A stretch of 64,000 nucleotides of DNA from a virus (taxonomy: Duplodnaviria; Caudoviricetes). The stretch spans positions 160,001-224,000 of IMG/VR virus record IMGVR_UViG_3300027804_002812; one strand, 5' to 3'. The notes under the pieces are model-generated. The model was not told the origin of the DNA and searched no databases. It saw only the letters and a list, made by a program, of their open reading frames with translations. The translations under genes and the position numbers were made by a program. Below are positions 27,513-37,919 of the stretch, piece by piece; positions within the stretch are counted from its first letter, which is position 1, and each line of letters starts with the position of its first letter.

Positions 27513-28130
27513 TTACTCTCTATTAAATTTTAATTTCCAATAAACACCTCCTGTTACATATGGGGTAAATTTACCAGTAACACCATCAAAGGTTCTATTT
27601 GCAACACCACCACCCAATTGGAATATCTTGTCATCTTTTGTTTTCAATAATATACTTGTCCCGAGTGAGTTGACCCAATCTTGATGACTTAAGGCTCCGT
27701 TCAATCCCACATAAACTTGGTTTCTAACTTTTGGTGGTTCAGGTGCTGGTTCCCTAACAATCTTAGGTTTTACATTTGTTGTAAACTTTCTTGAAACAAC
27801 GTTATTTTGTGAAATGGTGTCAAACAAATATATAACCCCCTGATTATTACTCAACATTATTGTATCTTGAACGAAATTTTTTATAAAAAAATTTTTTAAG
27901 ATGAATGCAGTGTCAACAAGTGGTGTTGGGGATGGAACCTCAACGATTTTTTCCACTTCAACTTCGTATGGAACCTCAACTTCGACCTCATAAATAACTT
28001 CCTGAGGGATTGTATCATAAACCAATTTTTCTTCTATTTCAATTTGTGGAGGAACGAAAAATTGTAAGAAGATTATTACACCCACCATTATGAGTATTAC
28101 TATGTGTCTGATGTCAAATATCTTTTTCAT
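27513..28130 (-). CDS. Membrane-anchored envelope protein with beta-rich C-terminus
   Basis: N-terminal TM segment, VEVPY repeats, several DT(I/A) sequons. Confidence 0.65.
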   Translation of the reverse strand: MKKIFDIRHIVILIMVGVIIFLQFFVPPQIEIEEKLVYDTIPQEVIYEVEVEVPYEVEVEKIVEVPSPTPLVDTAFILKNFFIKNFVQDTIMLSNNQGVIYLFDTISQNNVVSRKFTTNVKPKIVREPAPEPPKVRNQVYVGLNGALSHQDWVNSLGTSILLKTKDDKIFQLGGGVANRTFDGVTGKFTPYVTGGVYWKLKFNRE

Positions 28131-28134
28131 ATTG

Positions 28135-29439
28135 TTATAACATTAATCTTGAACCAATCAAGAAATTGCTAAGAATTGGAGAACTTGAGTTACCCAATGC
28201 TCTGTAGTTTAGGCTTAATCCGAATCGTTTACTTATTTTATAATCAAATGAGGAACCGACTAAGAAAGAAAATTGTCTATTCACCGTTGACTCACCTGTT
28301 TTGGGGTTATATGAAATTGGTGAGTTCATTAAGAATACTTGGGGAGATAATGTGAGCTTTGGATTTACAACATAAGGTTTTGTCCAAAATACAACCGCTG
28401 AGGTCGCAAGAGATACGTTAAATGCTCTTTTAATTGTTCTTGTTTCAGTATTAACTTCAGTATCTTTCAACAATAAAGTTATTAAACCAACGTTATATCC
28501 GTATGTACCATATTTTTCACTTGGTTTAATATTCGTGTACCCAAGTAATCCCATATAAGTTCCATCTAAGTAAGCCGCGGTGAATGAGTAAGAGTGGATT
28601 TGACTTAATTTACCTTGTTGGAAATTCATTTTTGTATATCCCCCACCCAAAGCAAATTGGTCTAATGTACTCCAAATCATGGCGTTTGCACCCCAAGTTT
28701 CATTCCCTGCTAATGACGATTGACTAACACCAAAGGAGGCGATGGCGCTGTATTTCAAATCGGGTCCCTGTGCGGTTGTCAAGTCTGAGGAAACCAACAT
28801 TGGATTTACGGGACCAACTTTCTTTTTTTCTTCTTTACCTTTTCCGTCTGAACTTTCTTCATCACTTTCACCCGAGTCTCCACCATCTGAACCACCTTCT
28901 TCAGACCCACCCTCACTCGAACTTGATTCACTCGATCCTGACTCACTTGAACTTGATTCACCGCTACTCGAAGACGATGAGGATTCACTTGAAGAAGATT
29001 GTGATGATGAACTAGACGAACTAGATGATGAGGATGTAGGAGTGGAACTACTTGCGGAAGACGCAGCAGTTGAGGAGGCTGATGAAGATGCCGCGGAAGA
29101 TGCTGCAGATGAGGCTGCTGACGACGCCGCATTTGCCGCCGCTTGTGATACAGTTTGGGTGACAGTTTGGGTTACCACCGCATTTGCGGGACATGGAGTT
29201 GAAAAAATTCCGTTAATCCAAATGGTAACTTCCCCCGAAGTAAATTGTTGATAATTGAATATCTTGGATTTGTTTCTGACGATAACTAATACACCATTGT
29301 TAGATTGTATGGGTATGGATACCACATAAGTTTTTGAATCACAGGGGTCAATGTATGTTTGTGTAACAACTTGCCCCTGTGACTCGTGGTATGCTAATAC
29401 CATGAATAATAACATTAAAAATATTTTCAAACTTTTCAA
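28135..29439 (-). CDS. Exported protein with Ser/Ala/Glu linker and C-terminal beta-barrel-like domain
   Basis: Signal peptide, long S-rich linker, amphipathic strands ending ...FLIGSRLML. Confidence 0.7.
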   Translation of the reverse strand: MKSLKIFLMLLFMVLAYHESQGQVVTQTYIDPCDSKTYVVSIPIQSNNGVLVIVRNKSKIFNYQQFTSGEVTIWINGIFSTPCPANAVVTQTVTQTVSQAAANAASSAASSAASSAASSSASSTAASSASSSTPTSSSSSSSSSSSQSSSSESSSSSSSGESSSSESGSSESSSSEGGSEEGGSDGGDSGESDEESSDGKGKEEKKKVGPVNPMLVSSDLTTAQGPDLKYSAIASFGVSQSSLAGNETWGANAMIWSTLDQFALGGGYTKMNFQQGKLSQIHSYSFTAAYLDGTYMGLLGYTNIKPSEKYGTYGYNVGLITLLLKDTEVNTETRTIKRAFNVSLATSAVVFWTKPYVVNPKLTLSPQVFLMNSPISYNPKTGESTVNRQFSFLVGSSFDYKISKRFGLSLNYRALGNSSSPILSNFLIGSRLML

Positions 29440-29461
29440 TTTTCATCGGTTTCCAAATATT

Positions 29462-30184
29462 TTATTCTGTGAATATACCTTTTTTAATCATTCTATCTAA
29501 GATTCTGGCACAAGCAATGTCAAGTGCCTTTTTTGTTGCGATAGATATTGTAGATTGATTAAATTTTACTGGATCGACAGTTGCGTCTGATAAAAGAGTC
29601 AATTCTCTTGTGGTAACCGCCTCTCCAAGTCCTGATGCTCCAAATACGACACCTGTTTCAGCATTTGTAAATCTAACTTGTAGACCAATACGGGTAACCA
29701 TCATATTTTTCACACCATCTTTCAGGTTTACAGTTTCATCTTCTGAGATGGAGTAATCATAACATTCAATAGTTACAAAATATTCTGCCAAATTGATTTT
29801 ACCAAATCCATCTAATTGATTTTCAGAAATTCCCGCCTGAGATGCTTGAAATTGTTTCACCATTCGGTTTTTAATTTCCGTCTTATCTTCAGTAAATTTG
29901 AATCTGTTTAGATTCTCAAGATATTCCATTGAAATGTTCGCAACACCTAATCCAACTCTTTTTTCTTTGAGTTCAGGATACATCTCATACATTTCATCTG
30001 AAATACCTGCCTTTAGGATTTGAATTGGAATCTGTTTTCCTTCATAATCCATAAATTGACTTATGTCAATTGCGGTTTCGAATGAAGCCTTGTATTGCTC
30101 AGTCTTTGTGCTTCCCACAGTTTGAGAAAACGCCGATATTTGTACTATTAGTGCAAATATCGACGATAATATAAATTTTTTCAT
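29462..30184 (-). CDS. CsgG-like (curli secretion channel family) exported protein
   Basis: Signal peptide; GLGVANI.MEYL..LNRF...ED..EIK; VRFTNAETG.V..ASGLGEA. Confidence 0.65.
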   Translation of the reverse strand: MKKFILSSIFALIVQISAFSQTVGSTKTEQYKASFETAIDISQFMDYEGKQIPIQILKAGISDEMYEMYPELKEKRVGLGVANISMEYLENLNRFKFTEDKTEIKNRMVKQFQASQAGISENQLDGFGKINLAEYFVTIECYDYSISEDETVNLKDGVKNMMVTRIGLQVRFTNAETGVVFGASGLGEAVTTRELTLLSDATVDPVKFNQSTISIATKKALDIACARILDRMIKKGIFTE

Positions 30185-30212
30185 ATTAAACCTCAATTGT
30201 ATTATATGTTTA

Positions 30213-30374
30213 TTAAGGTCTCTTTGGCCAAGCCCAACCCTTCTTCTTACCTCTCAACATCAAGTAAGTCACACCTCCGAAGAAGATTAACATATATAAT
30301 GATGGTGAATAAAATACAAACATGGCAACCATCAACAATGACAGAAATACCATAAAACTTAAAAATTGTTCCAT
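30213..30374 (-). CDS. Small membrane peptide (53 aa)
   Basis: Manual translation MEQFLSFMVFLSLLM...KGWAWPKRP. Confidence 0.55.
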   Translation of the reverse strand: MEQFLSFMVFLSLLMVAMFVFYSPSLYMLIFFGGVTYLMLRGKKKGWAWPKRP

Positions 30375-30375
30375 A

Positions 30376-30702
30376 TTACCATTTTGGAGAGGTTTCTTTG
30401 AACTCGTCTCCTTCTTTTTTCTTAGGTTTATCTGTCGATGCAGGTTGTGATGCTGGTTGACTTGATTTTTCTCTGATAATCACAGTTTCTTTACCACCAG
30501 ATTGTTGCTGTTGGTTGTTATTGTTGATGATAATTGGTGTTTGTTGTTGGACAGGTGTTGCCGCAGCTTCTTCATCTCCACCGATGAATTTACTTGTCAT
30601 AACACCACCAGCTCCTAAGACTGCAGTAGTCAACAATCCGATGATTGTTTTCTTTAACCCTGTCCATGTTCCATCATTGTGGTCTTCTGTTTCTTCACTC
30701 AT
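30376..30702 (-). CDS. Membrane-anchored low-complexity protein
   Basis: TM segment and Q/N-rich tail. Confidence 0.7.
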   Translation of the reverse strand: MSEETEDHNDGTWTGLKKTIIGLLTTAVLGAGGVMTSKFIGGDEEAAATPVQQQTPIIINNNNQQQQSGGKETVIIREKSSQPASQPASTDKPKKKEGDEFKETSPKW

Positions 30703-30724
30703 AATTTATTTTAGTTTAGTTGGT

Positions 30725-31087
30725 TTATTTTATTATTATTGGGTATTTTATTTCTTTTCCTGAAACATCCAAAAAGACCAAGTCATAATATCCTTTGGGA
30801 AATTCAGTCAAATCGTATACTCTTTGTGTGGTTGTGTTAGTAGCCGTGAATCCCTCCTTCTTTGCGGGGATTTCTTGACCAAACGCGACTATTTGAACAG
30901 AGTATTTCGCACCAATGGTGGTTTCAAACTCTATTATCACTACGTTTTCACTCTGAAAAACAGATTTGATGTTTGTAGTTGTTGACTCAACTCCTAAATT
31001 GATTTCAGGCATCTCCTCGTAATAAGGGTTGAAACATCCTTGTAACAAGAGAACTGAGAAACTTAGTATTGCTATTATTTTTTTCAT
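30725..31087 (-). CDS. Lipoprotein, Ig-like
   Basis: MKK...LQGC lipobox; beta-rich C-terminus. Confidence 0.7.
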   Translation of the reverse strand: MKKIIAILSFSVLLLQGCFNPYYEEMPEINLGVESTTTNIKSVFQSENVVIIEFETTIGAKYSVQIVAFGQEIPAKKEGFTATNTTTQRVYDLTEFPKGYYDLVFLDVSGKEIKYPIIIK

Positions 31088-31088
31088 T

Positions 31089-33194
31089 TTAGAAATTATT
31101 ATATCCCGTTAATTTTATTTGGGTTGTGTTTAATTTTATCCCTAACTGAGAACCCTTAACTGTACTTGCGTCCATAGTTGAGGATACTTTGATAGAAGTC
31201 AGAATATCGACTCCATTCCCGATGGTTGAAAATTTCAACTTGAACGGAATCGTATTTCCAATTATTGGGGTTTTTTCACCTTGATCTATACCACCGAATT
31301 TGACTTTACCGTCAACAGAATTGACAAATATGTACCATGTATTTGGTAGATTTGGCGACAACTCCTCAAACTTTATCTTTGTTGGGTCATAATCAAATTC
31401 AAACTGTAATCCTGTGATAGGATTACCATTTGTTGTTACATTTACTGGGATTTCGATGTTGTTAGATGTCACAGTCAAATTAGATAGGTTGACATCTACT
31501 GATGGAACATTATTTGGAGTATTGATAAATGACTCAGTAGACATGGTTCTAAACGCAGTGTTAGACTTCAAACTATTTGATGCTCTACTTACAACAGATG
31601 ATACTCCATTATTACTAACAACAACTTGTGATGAATGTGAACGATTCACATCTCCCCACAAAAGATATTTCAAGTCTACAACTGTGTTAGTTCCTATTGT
31701 CCCTGTTTTCACATAAACTTTTGGATATTCAAAATCTTTCCAATTCGTTGTGGTGATTGCTCCCCATGAATTGGACGGTGAAGTATTAAATGTAAATTCA
31801 GCCCTCAGTCCGAAGTCTGGTCCTCCATTTATATTTCTTATGTATGGGGCATATGCCGATGTTCCTATAGTGCTTATACCTGATGGTATTCTGAAAGTTG
31901 CCCAAGTGGCATCTTTTGATACAAATTCTATAGGACCTACATATAAGTCAAAAATCTGAAGTGATTTTACGTTGTCAGGAATGTTAGTTCCGCTAAATTC
32001 TCTCATATCAATCAATATTCTTGACACGTTCTGAGAATAATGGTTAGGTGTAATGATACCCCATTCTACTTGTCCTGCGATTGTTGTCGCATCAGTTGAA
32101 ATCCATGTTGGGATACTCATGAATTGACCACTACCTACGGTGTATCCGTTTGGAAGAGTAACCAGTTGGTCAATACCCACAACTTGTGATAATAATTTTG
32201 GTAAGTCTCCACCGTCAATGGTTTTGTTTCTGTTAATGTCCGCTGTGTATAGAGATTGTCCTGTATTGATTGTTTGTCCTTTACTTCCATCCAATCCCAT
32301 AGTCGAGAATTCTCCTTGTGATGATGTGAAATCAGAAATTGTGATAGCATTATTATAAATCGTATTTAGTTTATCCATTTCATGCATTACAGAAACTTCA
32401 TAAACTTTATTTTCAGATAACAAGGACTGATTTATATCAACATTACCATTTGACAAAACATCGAAAGTTTGACCAGTATTGGTTACAGTATCTTTGAAAG
32501 AAACTTTCAATTTTGACAAATTAAGTAAATTAGTGTTTGCATCAACTTTCGCAGTAATCAATTTACCCGTGTTTTGATTCATGATTACATCAGTTGATAA
32601 TGGTAAATCCATGATTGTAGGTACTCCTATCCCTTGTCCATTCCATCCAGCAACAAAGTTTAATTTAACAGGGTTAAATGCATTCGATGTAGATGTTGGT
32701 TTCAATCTAAATCTTACAATTATTATTTGAGAAAACTCATTGAAAGGCATTGGAGAGGTTGTTGCCCATGTTAAAGTTGCTCTTATGATTGCATTGGAAC
32801 TTGTTACATTATATGAATAAGCTAAACCTGTTGTATATCTTGTTGTTCCATTAGTATTAGTTGTGTTTCCAGCATAGCCATACCCAGGGTAGTTTTGCCA
32901 AGATAGTTGTATATTAGATCCTGTTGGAAATACTCCTCCGTTTCCACCAGTACCTGTATGATTGATGGAAATTATTTCAAAGTTTGTTTGGTCGTATTGA
33001 AAGTCAAATAGTAATTGTCTTGTTACAGCATCACCATTACCATTCGCATGAACCATAACATCAAATTGGTCTCCTCTATCAATCACTCCCCCACTTATAT
33101 CTGTTAAAACTCTTGTGTCGGGGAACTTAAACCTAATTTGTCCAAATGAAGTGAACGAGATTAGGAAAAAAGATATTAGTAATATATTTTTCAT
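31089..33194 (-). CDS. Exported cohesin-like/dockerin-like domain protein
   Basis: Signal peptide; cohesin-like segments at both ends (FDFQYDQTNFE; GLQFEFDYDPTKIKF); Ca-loop DINRNKTIDGGD. Confidence 0.7.
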   Translation of the reverse strand: MKNILLISFFLISFTSFGQIRFKFPDTRVLTDISGGVIDRGDQFDVMVHANGNGDAVTRQLLFDFQYDQTNFEIISINHTGTGGNGGVFPTGSNIQLSWQNYPGYGYAGNTTNTNGTTRYTTGLAYSYNVTSSNAIIRATLTWATTSPMPFNEFSQIIIVRFRLKPTSTSNAFNPVKLNFVAGWNGQGIGVPTIMDLPLSTDVIMNQNTGKLITAKVDANTNLLNLSKLKVSFKDTVTNTGQTFDVLSNGNVDINQSLLSENKVYEVSVMHEMDKLNTIYNNAITISDFTSSQGEFSTMGLDGSKGQTINTGQSLYTADINRNKTIDGGDLPKLLSQVVGIDQLVTLPNGYTVGSGQFMSIPTWISTDATTIAGQVEWGIITPNHYSQNVSRILIDMREFSGTNIPDNVKSLQIFDLYVGPIEFVSKDATWATFRIPSGISTIGTSAYAPYIRNINGGPDFGLRAEFTFNTSPSNSWGAITTTNWKDFEYPKVYVKTGTIGTNTVVDLKYLLWGDVNRSHSSQVVVSNNGVSSVVSRASNSLKSNTAFRTMSTESFINTPNNVPSVDVNLSNLTVTSNNIEIPVNVTTNGNPITGLQFEFDYDPTKIKFEELSPNLPNTWYIFVNSVDGKVKFGGIDQGEKTPIIGNTIPFKLKFSTIGNGVDILTSIKVSSTMDASTVKGSQLGIKLNTTQIKLTGYNNF

Positions 33195-33689
33195 TTAATT
33201 TGTTTCAAATAGTTTAGTAACCAAGTTATCACTTGCTTTCTTCAAAGCATTACTCAATGATTGCTGATTGAAATTTCCTCCGTTGTCCACAATCAGTGTT
33301 GACATAGAAATTTCAGATGATTCTTCTTCGACAATAACTTCTTTGATTTTTTTCCCATCAACCTTCAAAACTCCTCTAAGACGTATTACAACAGATTCAC
33401 TGTCTTTGTGAAATACAGAGACATTCGTCTTGGTTTTTAATACATCCAAGTAGATAATTTCAATAGATAATTTTTGTTTGGAGTCAGGGTTTAGATCGAA
33501 ATTTTTTTCTTGTAAAAATTCCTCTGTGATGTTTCTCAAACCGAATTCTAAGTTTCGATTTCCTGCGAGATTTCCCACTTGAATCTTGTTTACAACAGAT
33601 TCAACCCATATTTCATCAGTAAGATTTGTGGTGATATGGGGCATTATATATAGTATAATACCCGCCATAAACAGGGTTAATATTTTCAT
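33195..33689 (-). CDS. Exported alpha/beta protein (CsgG/LptE-like fold possible)
   Basis: N-terminal hydrophobic leader; first gene of the operon after TATTTAT. Confidence 0.6.
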   Translation of the reverse strand: MKILTLFMAGIILYIMPHITTNLTDEIWVESVVNKIQVGNLAGNRNLEFGLRNITEEFLQEKNFDLNPDSKQKLSIEIIYLDVLKTKTNVSVFHKDSESVVIRLRGVLKVDGKKIKEVIVEEESSEISMSTLIVDNGGNFNQQSLSNALKKASDNLVTKLFETN

Positions 33690-33812
33690 TCGATAGTATC
33701 TTGGTATTCATAAATACCACGAAATTTAATTTTGTCCTAAAGTTTTAGTTTATGTTAGTGTGAACTCTTTTATCCTAATGAGTCAATATTTATAGACATA
33801 AAATAAATTACT

Positions 33813-34640
33813 ATGATACTAAAGAACGGGTCTAAAGGGGAAGACGTTAAAAAACTCCAAGCAAAATTAGGTTTAGGTGCCGATGGTGTATTCGGTTCTG
33901 GTACAGAAGCTGCGGTTAAAAAATGGCAAGCGGCTAATGGATTAACTGCTGACGGTATTGTTGGTGAAGGTACTTGGGCAAAGATGTTCGGAGAGAAACA
34001 ATTAATTACAGAACCATCTACTCCAATCGTAAACGCAGGCCCTTTGAAGTTAGAAAATCTAAAGGGTCACATTCCTGATGCGGTAATCGCACAGATTCCT
34101 GACGCCGCAAAAAAATTCAACATTTCAAATCCACTAAGATTGGCTCACTTTTTAGCTCAGTGTGGACATGAATCTGCAGGATTCAAAGCAGTTCAAGAAA
34201 ATCTTAACTATTCTGCGGATGGTTTGAAAAAAATATTTCCAAAGTATTTCCCTGGAAACTTAGCGGAAGGTTACGCTAGAAATCCTGAAAAAATTGCATC
34301 CAAAGTTTATGGAAGTAGAATGGGTAACGGAGATGAAACTACAAAAGAAGGTTTCAAGTTTAGAGGTCGTGGTTATATCCAATTGACAGGAAAAGACAAC
34401 TACACTAAATTCGCTAAATTCATTGGCGAAGATACTGTAGGAAATCCTGACTTGGTTGCAACAAAATATCCTTTGGCGTCCGCGGCTTTTTTCTTTGATT
34501 CAAACAAATTGTGGGAAATCTGTGATAAAGGTGCTGATGACGCAACTGTTACTGCAGTAACAAAAAGAGTCAATGGTGGTACCATAGGACTTGCAGATAG
34601 AATCAAACACTTCAAAGAATATTTCGGTTTGTTGAAATAA
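33813..34640 (+). CDS. Endolysin: peptidoglycan-binding domain plus GH19 domain
   Basis: LKNGSKGEDVKKLQ...ADGIVG; AHFLAQCGHES, FRGRGYIQLTG, TKRVNGG. Confidence 0.92.
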   Translation: MILKNGSKGEDVKKLQAKLGLGADGVFGSGTEAAVKKWQAANGLTADGIVGEGTWAKMFGEKQLITEPSTPIVNAGPLKLENLKGHIPDAVIAQIPDAAKKFNISNPLRLAHFLAQCGHESAGFKAVQENLNYSADGLKKIFPKYFPGNLAEGYARNPEKIASKVYGSRMGNGDETTKEGFKFRGRGYIQLTGKDNYTKFAKFIGEDTVGNPDLVATKYPLASAAFFFDSNKLWEICDKGADDATVTAVTKRVNGGTIGLADRIKHFKEYFGLLK

Positions 34641-34735
34641 GGAAGTTGAAGATAAACCTCAACAATTTTAATTATTTATTCTTGTGGGTTTCGCAGAGTA
34701 AATTTTTATTGTATCTTTGTTGTAAATAAATAACC

Positions 34736-34975
34736 ATGATGACAATGAATATGACTTCCGCAATCAAAGATTTCAAGTGGGTACTCAAACTACTCCAATC
34801 TTCGAAGAGTAAAGAACATCTGGATACAACACTTCGGTGTTTTAATCTTTGGGAAAACAAACACACCAAAGAAAAACTCACTGAGACAGATGCTGACGCG
34901 GTAAAACATATGAGATATCAATTTTGGTGTTTTTTCAAAAATAAATATTCGAGGTTCGGACTCTTGGTAAAGTAA
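34736..34975 (+). CDS. Hypothetical protein
   Basis: TATCTTTG promoter box upstream. Confidence 0.65.
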   Translation: MMTMNMTSAIKDFKWVLKLLQSSKSKEHLDTTLRCFNLWENKHTKEKLTETDADAVKHMRYQFWCFFKNKYSRFGLLVK

Positions 34976-35144
34976 AAAAAATTACTCTGTGAATACCGTC
35001 AATCGTATTTTTTTGAAAATTAACATATTTATTTATACAATCGCTCACAAAGTGAGTGTTCTCATATATCCCTTTATTTAAGACCCACATTTTTTTGGTG
35101 GGTCTTATTTTTTTTACTATATTTGTATATTAAATCTAAAAACT

Positions 35145-35645
35145 ATGAACTGGCAACGCATCACTCATCCAATCCGAAGAAAATACCAACAAATCCAAAG
35201 AGTAATCGACTTCTTGCCGATTATTTGGAATGGATTTGATTTTGATTATATCTATTCTATTCAACTTTTCAAAAAACAATTGGAAAGACAGGCGAAATTC
35301 TTTGAATCAGGTAAATCATATTCAGATAGATCGAAACAGGATGCATCAAGAATCAGAACTGCAATTAGTTTGATGGATAAAGTTTATGATGAAGGATATA
35401 GCTCGGAATGGATCGATAAATTCATCGAGAAATACGGAAATGATGTATTAGACCACGACTTTGAAGAGACTGAACCAGGAAAAGAAACGTATTACCTTAG
35501 ATACAAATATGAAACTTGGGATAATGCTGAAGAAATCAGAAAAGTGAAATTTGAATTTATTAAAGAATCAGAAAAGAAACAAAAGAAAGGCGAACAATTA
35601 GTATGGAAATTTATAGGGCACAACATTCGTTATTGGTGGTCGTGA
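35145..35645 (+). CDS. Conserved phage hypothetical protein
   Basis: WNGFDFDY...IRYWWS; TATATTTG upstream. Confidence 0.7.
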   Translation: MNWQRITHPIRRKYQQIQRVIDFLPIIWNGFDFDYIYSIQLFKKQLERQAKFFESGKSYSDRSKQDASRIRTAISLMDKVYDEGYSSEWIDKFIEKYGNDVLDHDFEETEPGKETYYLRYKYETWDNAEEIRKVKFEFIKESEKKQKKGEQLVWKFIGHNIRYWWS

Positions 35646-35774
35646 TATGAAAATATATGAAGTATACGGACAAATTTATATTTTTCCATTTGTAAAAATA
35701 ACCCATACAAGAAAACTTAACGGTGATTTGGAACTAATTATTGGTTGGTTAAAATGGGAATTGACGATATCATT

Positions 35775-36455
35775 ATGAAAAAGAAAATAACATTCATCTC
35801 TGACACTCACAACAAACACAAACACCTTACAAGTAAGGGGATGGGAAACATATTGGGTAGTGGTGATATTCTCGTACACGCAGGTGATTGCACAAGTATG
35901 GGGTACAAACACGAAATTAATGAGTTTTTGGATTGGTTTTCGAATACTGATTTCAAACATAAAATTTTCATTGCCGGAAATCACGATTTTGGATTTGAAC
36001 AACAAACAGATATTGCTCAAGAATATAAAAACATGGGAGTAACCTATTTGTTTGACAACGATGTCACCATTGATGGAATAAAATTTTATGGAAGTCCTTG
36101 GCAACCAGAGTTTCATAATTGGGCATTCAATTTATCAAGAGGAGAAGAGTTGGCAGAAAAATGGGAACAAATTCCAAACGATGTTGATGTGTTAATAACA
36201 CACGGGCCGGCATATGGTATTTTGGATTATGCCCCAATAGGTGGTCATGTTGGTTGTGAAGAACTATATCGCAAAATTGTGGAGGTAAAGCCAAAGATTC
36301 ACGTTTGTGGTCACATCCATGATGGTTATGGACAAAAAACGATGGCTGGGATTGAATTTCTTAATGCATCAGTTCTCAACGATAGATATGAATACGCTCA
36401 CAAACCAATCTTTGTTGAGTACGATACTGAAACAAAAGAAATTAATTATATCTAA
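35775..36455 (+). CDS. Calcineurin-like metallophosphoesterase
   Basis: ISDTH, HAGD, AGNHD, ITHGP, CGHIH. Confidence 0.92.
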   Translation: MKKKITFISDTHNKHKHLTSKGMGNILGSGDILVHAGDCTSMGYKHEINEFLDWFSNTDFKHKIFIAGNHDFGFEQQTDIAQEYKNMGVTYLFDNDVTIDGIKFYGSPWQPEFHNWAFNLSRGEELAEKWEQIPNDVDVLITHGPAYGILDYAPIGGHVGCEELYRKIVEVKPKIHVCGHIHDGYGQKTMAGIEFLNASVLNDRYEYAHKPIFVEYDTETKEINYI

Positions 36456-36458
36456 AAA

Positions 36459-36875
36459 ATGGAAAAAATGTATAAAGTCTATTTGGATGACGTTAGAACT
36501 CCAATAGAAAATGATTGGGAAATTGCTAGAAATTATGACCAATTCGTAGAAATAATCCAAAGGTTAGGATTAGATAATATAGAAGTAATTTCTTTAGATC
36601 ATGATTTGGACGATTCAGCCATTGCAGAATATTATGCAAACGCCAAACCAAACAATATGTTGAATTACGACAACATATTGGAAAAAACTGGAATGGACTG
36701 TTGCAAGTTCTTGGTTGAGGAAAGCATGAACACAAACATTCCCTTACCTCAGGTTTATATTCATTCGTCTAATCCTCCAGGTAGAGAAAATATGATGAGT
36801 TTGATTAACAACTACTTGAAAAGTTGTGGATTACCCGAAACTTGTGAAAGAAAAATTGTGAAATTCACTGTATAA
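36459..36875 (+). CDS. Cyclic-phosphate-processing receiver-domain protein
   Basis: VYLDDVRTP, SLDHDL, TGMD, IHSSNP.G..NM. Confidence 0.75.
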   Translation: MEKMYKVYLDDVRTPIENDWEIARNYDQFVEIIQRLGLDNIEVISLDHDLDDSAIAEYYANAKPNNMLNYDNILEKTGMDCCKFLVEESMNTNIPLPQVYIHSSNPPGRENMMSLINNYLKSCGLPETCERKIVKFTV

Positions 36876-36900
36876 AAAAAAGATGGAGAAATCCATCTTT

Positions 36901-37137
36901 TTATTTTTTAACTCGGGTCTGCTTTCTCGCTTCTTTTGCCAAATCACCCAAAGTTTTCTTTTTCTGTTCTGTCGGATGTTTGAATCCTGGTTTGTGTCTA
37001 AATTCCACGGAAATGGGTCCGTTTTTATTAATATCGGAATTGTACTTGAATACGGATACCGATTCCTCGTCTTCGTAGGTTATTTCCCACTTTGTAGTTC
37101 CTGATGTTCTCATAGGACAAATATACTTAATTTTCAC
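36901..37137 (-). CDS. Hypothetical basic protein
   Basis: 78-aa ORF. Confidence 0.55.
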   Translation of the reverse strand: MKIKYICPMRTSGTTKWEITYEDEESVSVFKYNSDINKNGPISVEFRHKPGFKHPTEQKKKTLGDLAKEARKQTRVKK

Positions 37138-37180
37138 ATAAATAAAAAATCCCCACTATTTTAAGTGGGGATTAGTTAAT

Positions 37181-37432
37181 TTACTCTTCGATTTGGTCTG
37201 ACTTTCCTTTGTTAATCCATTTGTCGACTGACCCGATTCCGAAGGAACCAAGAACTAACCATAAGAAGGCATTAAAGATGAATTCGTTTATCACTAGGTC
37301 TTTACCTAAAGATCCGGTTACAATATCCGCAATAGCGAATCCTGTCATCATTACAAACGCCATAAATCCTACGACGCTTTTTTCATTGATTGTGTTGTTG
37401 TCATCAAACAACTGAGATAAGAATTTTTTCAT
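37181..37432 (-). CDS. 2-TM membrane protein (holin-like)
   Basis: Two TM segments, charged C-terminus, TATTTAT upstream. Confidence 0.55.
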   Translation of the reverse strand: MKKFLSQLFDDNNTINEKSVVGFMAFVMMTGFAIADIVTGSLGKDLVINEFIFNAFLWLVLGSFGIGSVDKWINKGKSDQIEE

Positions 37433-37764
37433 AGTATTTTGGTAATTTACTTACCAATAAATATCATAAAAAAAGGGAGATACCGTCGTACCTCCCAATT
37501 TTCTCCGTCGAGAAAATATAGCGTGTCTTTTTGGATTGGGCTGATCACAAACCCTAAGGATGGATGGTCCTTTGTTTTATTTATCGTCTCAAAACATCCA
37601 ATAGTGACGTGTTTAATTCTATCTTTTTCTAGGTCAAAGATACAGAAAACAACAACTTCTAACCTCCCATACCTGATTCTACGTTTTTCTAATTTATAAA
37701 GCGGAGAAGAAATTGTTAAGGTGAGTATGGGAAAACACCATGATAAAATATTCCGCTATCCATT

Positions 37765-37857
37765 TGGTGGTTGGGAGTGGGATCGAACCACTGGCTCATC
37801 GGGTTTCAACCGATTGCTCTACCATAAACTCTAAGGAGTTCCTGAGCTACCACAACC
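37765..37857 (-). tRNA. tRNA-Phe(GAA) with D-loop hairpin insertion, CCA encoded
   Basis: Loop TT-GAA-AC, canonical T-arm, ACCA end; GAACTC-CTTA-GAGTTT inside the D-loop. Confidence 0.8.
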
Positions 37858-37919
37858 ATATTGTTTCTCGGGGTTTGGAACCGAGTATCTTTCATCGCCT
37901 GTAAGTCCCAAACCCTTTA

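Noticed and set aside
28742-29251. Alternative-frame ORFs 28742-29251, 28770-29015 and 28806-29132
   Set aside because: Shadows of the Ser/Ala-rich linker of 28135-29439.
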